Position numbers and translations under genes: made by a program. A stretch of 64,000 bases of DNA from Botryllus schlosseri (lineage: Eukaryota), in NCBI GenBank assembly GCA_051294905.1, contig CM119386.1, positions 992,001 to 1,056,000 on the forward strand, written 5' to 3'. The notes under the pieces were generated by a model that saw nothing but the letters and a program-made list of their open reading frames with translations, was not told the origin of the DNA and did no database searches. Each line of letters begins with the position of its first letter. The stretch's first letter is position 1. Shown in pieces: positions 35,301 through 58,175 of the stretch.

Positions 35301-36287
35301 ATTATGAGTGAAATTGCCACAATGAAAATTATTTATATACATATTGTTAGTGATATCACATGTCAGCCACTATTAACAACGAAGATGTATCCGGATTCCA
35401 GGAATATTATCATTGATAGAGATTGTCAAAGATGGTACTCAAGTAGAAGTAACTTTGCAAAATTCCACTTAGTACAAAACGATTTCAAAGGAAGTGTTCT
35501 AGCTCTAGTTTTTCCTGAAGTAGTGCAAGCAGGCAAAAACTACTTGTATTCTGAAGAAGTAGGTGTAGGCTTACTTCTTTATTGACCACCTCTGGTCTGT
35601 AATAACGTATCCTCACACAATTCAAAGTTGGATAGCTAGAAAATTTTCGACTTTTTCCTAATCAGATTAAAATTAGAATTACTGAATTCGCAAAAATTTG
35701 GAATTTCAGTTAAATTCTGAGATAGAAAGAAATCGAGCTGAGTTCGTACCAACCAGAATTCATTCTCATAATCGCGAGAATGGCAAATGTATGTACGTCA
35801 AGCATGATTGGTTTTATTCGATACAGTTTTCCTGTAGCATTTCCAGGAAAACCATTATTACATAAGAATTAAATTAGGGCGCAGAAACATTTCACAAATT
35901 AAGATTAGAATTACACCACCTGCATTCCACGCTGTAATTAGACAACTAGAGGTATGTAGCTGTCCTAGTCTGACACAATCTTTACACAATATAAATCCTT
36001 CCGTACTCAGAGTGAACGGGCAATACATCATGGAAGGCTTGGCGTCTTCGTTCTTGTTTTCGTTGGGCGGGGTTGGTTACATCATATTGGACAAATCAAA
36101 CGCGCCAAATATCCCGAAATTGAACAGAACTCTGTATCTCATTATCGGCGGGATTTCTGTGCTCTTGAGTTTCTTCATGTCGCGGGTTTTCATGAGGATG
36201 AAGCTGCCGTGAGTCGACTGTAAAGTGCTGGTATCGAACAAGGCTAATTTGGTGCATTTTCCTTGCAGTGGCTATCTCCAGTCCTGA
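32336..36287 (+). CDS. OSTC: Oligosaccharyltransferase complex non-catalytic subunit OSTC (DC2), 149 aa
   Basis: Exons 32336-32474, 35100-35193, 36011-36208, 36269-36287. Translation [24 protein letters not shown]...[14 protein letters not shown]...[23 protein letters not shown]...[14 protein letters not shown] is recognisably OSTC. Confidence 0.97.
33603..34897. mobile_element. Non-autonomous hAT (Charlie-like) element, 1.3 kb, in OSTC intron 1
   Basis: TIR CAGTGGTTCTCAACC / GGTTGAGAACCACTG; subterminal CCGGTCCGCG repeats; perfect TSD ATCTAGGC (33595-33602 and 34898-34905). Confidence 0.92.
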
Positions 36288-37860
36288 GTACGAGGGCGGA
36301 CTTTTGTGATCGAAGCATCGTGCATTCATTGTATTCGACGAATAAATTTTTGTATATCGTTGTTTTATGTGAGCGGGGGCACAGTTTAGCGACTCCCTTC
36401 AGTTTTAAGGTCATCTTTTCAAAACGCCACGAGATAGCGATAAAATGAAAATTGTTTTCCGCTCTCAGCTACCTGGTGTTCAGAATGGAGTTATACATCT
36501 AGAAAATTTTCAGGTATTTTAAATTCGATTAGAATTATAGCTACACGATTTGTTCCAAATTTAAATTGGAATTGAACTCTTTGAAATAAATGCAGCGCAA
36601 AAATCCAATTTGAGTAAATTATCAGAAGCACGGCGAATGTATGTACGCAATGCTATGTTTGTTTCGCACGGTCAAGTCTTTTAGCAGTTCAGGAAAGCCA
36701 GAAATATTATAATATCAGAGGGTTTTTCAATGACAGTACTCGCAATTTTTTGACTCATCATATTAGAAATGGAAATCAGTCATTACAGGCTGGAGAAGTT
36801 CTAAATTCCTTTATTAATTCTCATGTATCAGCACTGATACTAAAGAACATCTGTATAAACCCTATTTTGTCTGTTTGAACAACCCCGTCAAGAGTGAGGA
36901 AAATATTGAATTCGAGGCCTTCAATATCGCCCTCAGATTTAGAGATTCGGAGTACTGCACAGGGTTTCCGCTCCTTACCAAGAACTGTCTTCGGGCCTTA
37001 CGCCAGCGTCATTGAGTTGCGTTTCGTCACTTCGCGTCGAGGCTCAGGAATATAAACTAGATACCCGTGACTAGCATGTTGTTTGGGGTCGACTGGTCCA
37101 TGTCAAGCTGCTGTTCATTTGGAACCATTGCTCTCGTTTCATTATATACTACTCATTTAATCCTGACGGGTGACCTGGCGCCGCGTTTGTGAGACCTGAC
37201 TTGGACACAAGTCTCATCAACACCATGACTCGGACTCCACCCGTCGCTGCTCGACTTGAGACAAGACTACAATGATAGCCGGAATTGCAAGCATGGATTC
37301 ACAAAGCAGATTTAGGGTAGGACTATTTGCTATCATTAGACAATAAATACGCAGTCCAGTCGGCCAATTTACTATATGAAGTTGATCACGACATATTTGA
37401 CTACTACGTAACAACCATGTCTGCATAATAGCTAACTTCTGTAACGCCTGGTCTCGAGAACAACGCTTAGCTTTTGGTCCGTCTGATCAAACACGAACTT
37501 GACTGTGCTGTGCACTGACACCATTCGTAATGCATATGTAGTTATTGACCTGTAACAATCCATCCGAATCAAAAAGGCAGCGCGAAATGTCGTTGTTAAT
37601 ACAGAATGGCTTGCAACAAGTGATCACAAATGCGATTCTCAATTGTATCAAAAAAGGAAGACTATTACTAACTATAATATATCAATATCAAGTCGACCAC
37701 AATGCAATCCGGAAATATATGTGTATCAACGCGAGTTATTTCATGACCCGACGCATCAATTGCATTATTAATATGATTAGTGAGAAGTAGCAAACGGGAT
37801 TCGTTATAAAAATGAGTTATGTACAAAAAGAGATAAAATCTCAAAGGAGACTGTCTGCGC

Positions 37861-38265
37861 CAGGGGTTCTCAAACTGGGTTATGAGCTTATGATCAACGC
37901 TAATTAGCGGTGTTTCAATCTTCATGGTTATGCTTGTACACAATGATATTATATTGAATTCATTATATAAAAAAATTAAATTTTTTTTCAAATTTTTCTG
38001 TCAACCTGATTTGTTTTGCATCGTTTTAGGAGACAGCTCAACAAATTCATGGGGTTGACAATAAAATAATTTTCATACTCCTGTGCGTTCACACTTCACA
38101 TACCAGTTCGATTCGAGCCAAATTTGGTGTGCAGCGTTTTTTTAGGCAAACTGACAAATAAATCAGTGAATCCCCGGAATCCGGGAAAGAAAGTTATTTC
38201 TGAATAACCCTACCCGCCATGCAAGTCAAAAGGGTAGGCAGTTAAGATCGGTCCGAGAACCCCTG
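37861..38265. mobile_element. hAT-like MITE
   Basis: Ends CAGGGGTTCTC / GAGAACCCCTG; no clear TSD. Confidence 0.55.
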
Positions 38266-38368
38266 ATCCACACTGTTATATGGCACATGACACGTGTTCA
38301 TCACCGGATCATCAAAAATATATCGGACTTTAGTGCAACCATTAATGATGCCTCGGTCCAGTTGTCAC

Positions 38369-38854
38369 TAGGGCTGGGCACAATGATTCGAGTACTCGAA
38401 TCTGAATCGAGTATTAAATGACTCAAGTCGAGTGAAATGAATTCTGAGTAATGAAATGATACGCTCATTACCACTTAGAGTTGATTTATCAACGTAAATT
38501 ATAGCTTCAATACTATTTTACGCTGTAGAATGCTATGAACCTAGATTGGCCGAATCGCAGCATACGAAACATGTTTTAGAAAGTTAGTTACTGGAAATGA
38601 CATATCTGCATAGTCATAATCACCACACAGCATTGTCACTAAGTGGATGAAATAGGTATGTTTGAAAAATACAAAATTGTCTTTAACGTGATGTGGACCT
38701 GTCATTATTTTCATTGCGGTCGCATAAAAGGTAGATATCCGAACCTTCTGCGTCATTCATACTGTTGTGATGTCGTAATGAATGACACTCGACTCAAACC
38801 ATAATACTAGATTCAGAATCAAATCACACTTGTACGCTATTTTACCCAGCCCTA
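38369..38854. mobile_element. TAGGGCTGGG-type MITE just downstream of the Smad stop codon
   Basis: TIR TAGGGCTGGG / CCCAGCCCTA. Its internal sequence (ATAATGCCAGTTCT, TGTGACAATGCTGTG) recurs near 6180-6360, 10880-11120, 20480-20880, 33200-33560, 39500-39850, 52970-53420 and 54530-54900. Confidence 0.7.
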
Positions 38855-38931
38855 ATCGCCACGTAGAAGTAGGAACTTGAAACAGCTGACATCGGGATGT
38901 GCATGAATACAAACTGCAGCCGAAACGCCTT

Positions 38932-49722
<10,791 letters not shown>

Positions 49723-50267
49723 TGTTGATCGGCTGATCGTACTGTCAATATTTTTCAAATGCGTGTCCTCTCAGGCTCTCACTCACACTCAGTACGAATT
49801 ATCAGTAATTCCAAAGTCTTCAATTTGGCCTAATAGTAATACAACGATACAGTAAGATAAAATATCCTGAAAACATATTTCGAGCAGAATATTAATATTC
49901 CAGGTTACTGCAATGCAACCTTCCATCTGTATCATGTACTATGCGTCCGCTACCAGCATAACCGTGAACCATTAATTAACAAAGCAAACCGCGACGCTGT
50001 ATTTTAGCTAAAATTTGCAAATCCCATTAGCAAATAAACATACACATTATGCAAGCACGGAATTACGGCTTGCCTGTATATATTCGCAGGCCGTTTTATT
50101 AATAATTTAATAATTATTAATCATTTCAAAACACTGATGATGGATGATAGTGATTGACAAATCGGTGTTATCTCTCTTAACTCATATGAAATACAGGGCA
50201 AACTATATTAAGCATATTTAATGTGAGATTTCCTACACCACGGCATAGCATAACCAGTTACACTTAC

Positions 50268-50430
50268 AACCTTTGATCGAAAATTCACTAATCGCATTTT
50301 GTCCGCCGGATTCCTCACAAACAACTTGCATCGCTCAGTGCGCAAAACGCGGAACCTGGCACCGGACTCGGGTGAACTCAACACACCTCAGCGAAAATGG
50401 GGAGCGATAAATTATCTTCTCTCGAATTTA
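50268..50430 (-). promoter_or_regulatory. Candidate non-coding 5' exon / promoter region of Smad2/3
   Basis: Minus-strand donor (GTT|GTAAGT) at 50268/50267 follows a locally GC-richer stretch. A pyrimidine-rich acceptor (TATTACTATTAG|G) at 49830/49829 precedes an ATG-free leader to the Smad ATG at 49722. The upstream limit is a guess. Confidence 0.4.
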
Positions 50431-51169
50431 TTTTATGGATTAAAATCTTCAACTCGAAACAGAATGTTTACTACGACTTGCTAGTGTGTTGATGCTGAAT
50501 ATGAATCATATTCAATGACGTCATCCATAATCGAACAGCACACTCCACGAAAGAATAAGTGGGCCGGCTTCCATAATGTTTTTATAACAATTATTTTTAA
50601 ACGGATCAATAGTTGTAAGCAATCCATTATTAGTTCAGATGTTCGTGCTGCAATAATTCATTATAGCTGTAGAGCAGACAATATCATGTATGAATTATTA
50701 CTGTGATTACGTATTTTATGAGAAGTAGGCTTCAAACCGGAGATTTCCAATCACTTGATCCCGATTATTGTCCTTGTCGGGGAACGCGCTCTGCAAAAAG
50801 CATTCACTAATATCACTATCGAATAGTCACATAATTTTATTCATTCAAACCATCATACAATATTGCGATACTATGAAAAAATAATGAGACTGCGCCCAGC
50901 GAGTGAAAATACGTTGACATCTTCACTTTTTATCAAATCAATGAACCACCAATGGTGAACCATACTAATTCCATTGAAAATCTGTACACATATCGGTGAC
51001 CTGCGTGGAGTGCGGTATAGGCAAAGAACAATACATGCTTTTGCGATTATCAATTTCATCCTCGTCCTTTATTTTTACCAGTTGACCGAACCGAGCCAGC
51101 ATAGTATAGCAGAGTGATATTACTATGGTGACAGTATCGTGAACTTCATTATAAATGTGTCATATACGT

Positions 51170-51541
51170 TAGGCTTACCATATTTCGGAAATGAAAAAAG
51201 AGGACACTTTTTCAGAAATTTCAGACATGCAAAACTGGAGAAGAATTCTCAAAAACCGGTAAATTTCCCCCACTTCATGATCGGTTGACTAAAAAAAAAA
51301 AAAGATCTTCATTTCGCTCAGAGCTGAAATCACCGCTTTTCCCTCCGAAATACCCGCCGGAGCTTCACTTCTGCGCTAATTTGCGGCATATCACTCGCTA
51401 TTTCCTTTAAATCTGACCTAAATTTTCAAAAAAGAGGACAAAATCTCAAAAAAGAGGACAAAAGGCCGTCCTCCGAGGACACTTTCAAAAAAGTCAAAAA
51501 AGAGGACAAATCCTCTTAAAAGAGGACGTATGGTAAGCCTA
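51170..51541. mobile_element. TAGG-type hAT-like MITE with AAAAAGAGGACA repeats
   Basis: TIR TAGGCTTACCATA / TATGGTAAGCCTA; perfect TSD ATATACGT (51162-51169 and 51542-51549). Confidence 0.88.
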
Positions 51542-51739
51542 ATATACGTAGCGTTTTCATTCAGTGTGCCTCGATCCTTTTTACATCGCCTAGGCCAGGT
51601 CGTTGTCTGAAGACTACTCCAAGTCGTTTCGACACCTTCTTATCTTTCATTGTATCGCAGTGAAATTATGAAATTGTTAATAATAAATTGAATTGAAATT
51701 TAATCGTATGGTGCGTTGTAAATTTCTATGATCATAACT

Positions 51740-52244
51740 TAGGGTTACCATACGTCCGCATTGTCCTCCTTTTTCGGGAAATCAAAAATGTCCGCCGGAG
51801 ACGCCTAAATGTCCTCCTTTTTACCAATTCGTCCTCCTTTACAGATTTTACAGCTAGCAGGCTAATGACAAGGTCAACTGAAAATCGGCATAATCATCAT
51901 CATCATTGGTTTATTAGCAGTTTTTATCGGTTCAATACACCGCAAAACTGTGATACAATGAAAAGACAGGAAGATGTCGAAGCGACTTGGAGTAGTCAAT
52001 GGAATCAGACACCCACCTTGGCCAAGGCGATGTAAGGAGGAGGCATGCATAAATGACGCGAAATAGGTAATGCAGATGTCCGAGCGGGTAATTCGGGAGA
52101 CGAATCACAGTGATGACCTCTTTTCAGTCATCACAATTGGATTTCCAGTAAATATTACAAAATAAGCTACCTTTAGTTCCTAAAATTACTTTTTGACATT
52201 TAAAAAGTGCCCACCTTTCCGGATTCCAGAATATGCTAACCCTA
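51740..52244. mobile_element. TAGGG-type hAT-like MITE containing a LINE 3' end
   Basis: TIR TAGGGTTACCATA / TATGCTAACCCTA; TSD TCATAACT / TCGTAACT; internal 51895-52050 matches the LINE tail at 18776-18930. Confidence 0.8.
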
Positions 52245-52551
52245 TCGTAACTAAAATGACAGTAGTCAACAGGATTCATGGTGACAGTCAATGCCTCTGA
52301 TCAATTTACATTGGTAATATAAAATTAGCATTAGTTTCGATATTATCTTTTATTTTGTACGTGCGTGATTGAATAAACAATCAACTATATATCGAAAAAT
52401 GAACGAAGTACATGTATATCCGGACTCCGGTTATAAAATTTCATGGTCTAGTAGACGTGTTGTCATAGGGATTGGCAGCAGTGGCAGAGAAATAAATAAC
52501 TCTATTTAAACTTTATTTAGCAAGCTGCAATAATTCGGGTTAATTGTCACG

Positions 52552-55500
52552 ATGGATTATCTGGTGGTTCCGAATTATGTTGAGTGCAAGGGATCTCTTT
52601 TTCTGAGATCCGAACATATGAACTATGGCAGGAGTACATTAAACTCAAACTGGTACGTTGCATTCATTCATTCGTTGGTGTTATTGTTTAATATTCACGG
52701 TGTTCACATCTGTAGTCATTTTACCCGATATTTATATTGATTTTAGCTGAGCTGTCTGTTTTTCCGATCTACTATTAATAAAAGTATTTCGTTTGCACTG
52801 TACAGGCACCAAGCTCGAGAGGCAGAACCTAAAGATTATGATATCTCAGTTTTCCCGGAACCACCAGGCAGGAACCTTCACACGGCAACTTATGGCAGAA
52901 TTGGAAACGTTGAAACAAAGGTGATAGCGAATCAATGTTCAGTCAATGTGAGATCAGCCCCTACTAGGGATGGGCTGGGCAAAATCGAGTGCCTGAGTGA
53001 TTTGACTCTGAGGCTTCTAGTCTAGTATCACTCATTACCGTATGATTTCATAACGGTATGAATGATGTGGAATTTCAAAGAATGCAATGCCAGTTCTACA
53101 TCACACTAAATATAATTTGGCATTTTTTCGGCCATAACTATATCATAACACTTTGCGACAATGCCATGGGTTGATAATTACTTCACAGATGTCATTTCCA
53201 CTAAAGTCAATAGATTTGTACCACATGTTTTGTAAGATGCGATACAAGTAATCTAGCTTTCAAGGCCTTCACAGTGGATAAAAGTATCAAAACTATAATT
53301 CTCGTTGATGAATTAAGGAGAGTTAATTTCAGTTCTCAAGAAATTTATTTCTCACAACTCGACTCGAATCATTATATTTAGTATTCGATTCAGATAAGAG
53401 TTGACGAATCATTGTGTACAGCTAATGATTCCAATTGTTCTACTAGTATGGCTTAAACAGACTTGTCCAACCTACAACTTGTGCAACTACAACTAGAACT
53501 ACTCACTTTTCAAAACTAGAAATGGAACTAGAATTACTCACTCTTCAAAATCCGAAACTAGAACTAAAATTATTCACTCAAGATTTGAAACTAGAACTAC
53601 TCGAAAAGCCAGTAGTTAGTTGATCTTCGGCTAACTGGACTGGTAGTTTGTACAAGTCTGATCTACAAACAATGTTTCCAATTGGCAGGACTTTCCAAAA
53701 CCCACAACAGCGGCCGCTCTCGAACAAATCCACCTGAAATCAAACTTCCAAGAGCGTGAAACCAAGAAAAGCATGATCGATATATCTTCGTACAGACACG
53801 CTGATATCGACAGGTGAGCTGCTGTGAATATTTACCAACAATTAAAGTAGTCAGCGTTGCTACTCAAGTATAATTAGACTCAATTAGTAGAAATAGGAAT
53901 AACAATTAACTGGTTCCGAGTCCCAATTTGATTTTACTTGGTTTTGACTCAAGTCAAGTCATTTTCACTTCAGCACTGAATCAAGTCCAAGTACAAGTTA
54001 GTATCAACTGGTCGCGTCCGAGTCATAGAGTTCAATAATCATTATTGAGTTCAAGACGGGTTCAAATCACTTCTGTGAAACTCTTGGGTGATATCGAATG
54101 CCCAGCATTGATAATATACCGTACTCATTTTCCCACTCTCAACATGTTTATTCAAACAGATAAAATTCGGTTTCTGCGTCATTTTCCAGTTAAGTTGAGT
54201 CAACATAAAATTATCACATGAGTCCGACACGAATCCAGTCATTACAACCCAGGCATGATATCAATTGAACTGTCCAAAGCTGACTGTTTGACGTCATTTC
54301 GCAGAAAAGTGAGCGGACCCAGTTCTGGATTTGGAGCTGTTCTGCCGAGACACCATCCGGACCACGATAAACTGTGAGTAGAAAGAAATCGTCAGCCTGT
54401 TGTAAATGGTTGGGAATTGTTGAAAATAATTTTTCATTTTCAGACATCTAGAAACTACTCACAAAGCAGATTTCGTGCCGCCGTATCCATATGAACCTGC
54501 ACCGGTTAGTCAGCATTTCTCAATAGTAAGGCTGGGCTAAATCGAGAACATGAGTCATTCCATTAGGCTTGGAGTCGAGTGTTCGAGTATCATTCATTAT
54601 GATGTCATAACACCACAAAGAATATAATGCCAGCTCTACATAACATTGAACAACCAACCATGCCTCTTTCATTGTGCTTGATGATAATGCTGTGGGCTTA
54701 TCACGGCTCTCCAGATGTCATTTCCACTAACCTGCGTAGCTTTTAACAACATTTTTCGTATGCTGCGATATGACCAATCAATGTTTCAAGGCTTTCACAG
54801 TAGAAAATACTATCAGAGCTATAGTTTTCATGTCAACGAGCACATAATTTCAGTAGCCGAAAGAATTATCTCTGACTATTTGAGTACTTTAATCATTCTG
54901 TTGGATTTACTTTGGGCAGCATCATTCTCCAACCGCCAAGTTCTAATAAGGCAGAAGTGGCCAAGAAGTCAGTGTCGCAACTCAGGTTTCTTGTTATGTA
55001 TGTGTCAAAGATGTTTACTTGCAGACTTTGGACAGCTTGTGGCTGTTTTCTGGTTCTGTTTTACACGTGCTGTTTCTTTGGTGAAATGGGTGACCAGAAT
55101 ATTGCGGGGACTCTTTTTTAAGAAAATTATTGCCTGTTCAAATTATTTTCAATGTAAGGCAATACATGTTGATTCCATGCAATTATAAACATCAAGACAT
55201 GCAAATCAGCATAACAAATTTTGATGATCTAACATATCACCGTCACCGTAAATACTGTTTTTTTCAAATCCAAAATTTTCCACTCCAAAATAACTTTGCT
55301 TCTACGGGTTGGAATTGAACCAAATTAGTATTTTTAGGCAACCTAACAATTTCGTAGGATTTTCATTGCAATTTGAATAAAAAACGTTACTTTATTTAAT
55401 TAAAATTATCTACTTCAATAACTCTGCTTCTACGGGCTGGGATTGAGCCAAATTTGATGTGCAGCGTCTTGTTTTTCAAGAAGCCTGACAATGGAGCACT

Positions 55501-55900
55501 CTCTAATAATTAAAAGATAAAGCTCCTTATGAACAACGCTCGTCCATTTGGATATCTTTTACATACTCAGTATGTTTGTTGTTATTGTTCCGGTTGACGA
55601 AGCAATAACATCTCTCTCTCATTTACTCCAGCTTTTGACTGGCGCCGGTTCAGCGTTTTAGTTCGAATCTAATTCTAACAATACATTTGTTCTGAGCAGG
55701 AGAGACCGCCCGACTTTGCGGACAACTCAAAAGCGTACAGACGATTCCATTCGCAATTCACCGACACCGCCGATTATCGACGATCCGGCCGCAACACTTT
55801 CCAAGACGAGTCGGGCGTGTACGGCAACACCGAAGACAAGCGCAGAGTTTATCCTACTACGAATCCTATTCCCGACAGACTTGCTGAAGGACTCAAATAA
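52552..55900 (+). CDS. CFAP95: Cilia- and flagella-associated protein 95 (C9orf135 homolog), 223 aa
   Basis: Exons 52552-52652, 52806-52920, 53689-53813, 54305-54373, 54444-54504, 55700-55900. Motifs ECKGSLFLRSEHMNY, WHQAREAEPKDYDI, TYGRIG, GFGAVLPRHHPD, TTHKADFVPPY, HSQFTD, NTFQDESGVYGN parallel my recollection of vertebrate C9orf135. Confidence 0.88.
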
Positions 55901-58175
55901 ATGCTGTTTGTATATTGCTGGGTGCTGGCTGGAATTGACTATCGTACTGATGGGTTATAACAAGCAGACTTGTACAAACTACCAATCTAGTTATTTTGCG
56001 GTCAACTAACTACTGTTTTTAAGTAGTTGTAGTTCTAGTTGCAGATTTTGAAAAGCGAGTATTTCTAGTTCTAGTTGCAGTTGTTTGTACAAGTCTGGTT
56101 AAAAGTATTTAAGAACACCCCTTTTGCACACTTTCCTCTAACGATGTAACGAATCCTGATCAAAAAGAGTTATCATTTTTTTATGAAATCAATAGGCCTA
56201 CACCACAAGATTGATATAATGAAAAGATAGGAGAATAATAATAATAATTGTAGGGTTATAATTTTCATCTGAACAAATGACACACAATGTACAATGCGAT
56301 GCAATCGAACATATAGGAGGATGCCGAACGACACGCAGTTGCGATCCTTTTAATCTGACACCCATCGAGTACCCGATGTCACAGTTATTTTTCGATGTTG
56401 ATCTTTTTAAACCGCGGCCCTTTCTTCTAGTTCTTTCCATTCCTTGTGAGTGCTTTCTTTCGTCGGGTCTAATTCTGGGCTCTTTTTTTATCGCCGTAAG
56501 AATGGGGGGGGGGGGGAATCGAACCGCATCCGTTATATTCGTAGGTGCTTATCGTTGCCACTACGCTATCTCCCCCACTACGATGCCGACACGACTTGGA
56601 GTAGTATTAATCAGACACCCACTTCGACCTACAGCATGTAAATAAGAGACATGCACACAGGATTTAAGAATATAACATAAAAGGAAGCGGCGAGTATGAA
56701 TATGGTATGCGTCGCTATAGGAGAGGTCGATAGGATTTGGTCCGGTAATCATGTGGGCTGACTCTGGTTTTAGATAACTAACCTACGGTAGGTTAGTTAT
56801 CTATACTCTGGTAGATATTGCTTGTATTTCGATTTGAATGTGGACACTGGGCATGCTGGACGGCTGTCGGATAACCTGTGGGATTCTGTTCCACACTACT
56901 GATCGGCATACTTGATGGAGCGATGACTTTTCTTGTATTCAGTTATGATCATATGGTAGTTATTGTTCTTCGAGGACGCGTGAATGTTGTAGCCTCTCGC
57001 GTGCCTTTGATTCCGTGGTGAAGTGGCCGTTGAAATTTGTGGGAATGTGGCCGTAATGGAGCTGATACATATCCTTGGTAATTTCCAGCTTCCTCGTATA
57101 TTATGTTTAGAACACCAAATCTTTTGAGTAGCGATTTGGTTGCACAACCAGGCCCTCTTGGGGCCTTAGTAATGATACGCTAGGGTTGCCATACGTCCGG
57201 AATTTCCCGGACATGTCCGGAATTTCACTAAAAAATCTGCGTCCAGGAAGAATTTCTAAAATATGCCAAATGTCCGGAATTTTGAAGGCTTGAAGCAGGC
57301 TCCAAAGTTTTTCGTAAATCAACGTAAACAATGTTATTTTCAAGCAGATTTATGCGATTCAATATTGTTCTTCGTGCCGCGCGCGAGTTAATGCAACGTA
57401 TAATGATATTAGTATGGGCTCCAGGCACCACCCTCGCCAAAAATGCAATCAAAATAAATATAAATAACCATCATTTACTGAAATAAGTCTCATTGTGATC
57501 GCAATTATAAGCTAACGGTATATTCCTAGAGTTGGTTAAAGCCGATTGGATGCTTCAATCACAGACAGTGGTTCCAAATCTTGGGGTCGTCCGCCTTAAT
57601 CTGGAGATCGCGATGATGTTGGACGTAATCAGCTTCCTAAGCCGTGAGTAAGCTTGGGCAAGCTGATTTTTTTTAGTAATCAGCTTCACAAATTTTGAGC
57701 TTTGCCACGGAACATTTTCAAGCTGGAAATGAGGTGGCGAGCTTAAAAGGTTGGAAATCACCGGGTGTGCAATCTGCTGGTGCATTTTATAATAGCCTAT
57801 CGAAGAATCAATATTATTGACAGAATTCATACATACAATTTAACAGCCAAATGCATATAGTAAGTGCCTAACAAGTTACATCGACTACCCTATGGTGGGC
57901 CCAAGATCCGTGCTTTTTGGGCGGAAGGGGGGAGGGAGAAAAAGATGTTGTTTCGGACCTGATTAAAACACATAAGCAGATAGCCGCACCGACCTAACTG
58001 TATAGCAGGGCTGTCAAACACAATCCTGACAGGCCAGACATGGCCCGCCAGATGATTTTATCCGGCCCATGGAGGAATCTATTGCAAACCCTAGCAAGTA
58101 GAAATCACCAGAGATCACATTGCAGATGGCTCAATTCATGACCTATGTTCCACTTCATTCCTGTATAGTGTATAT

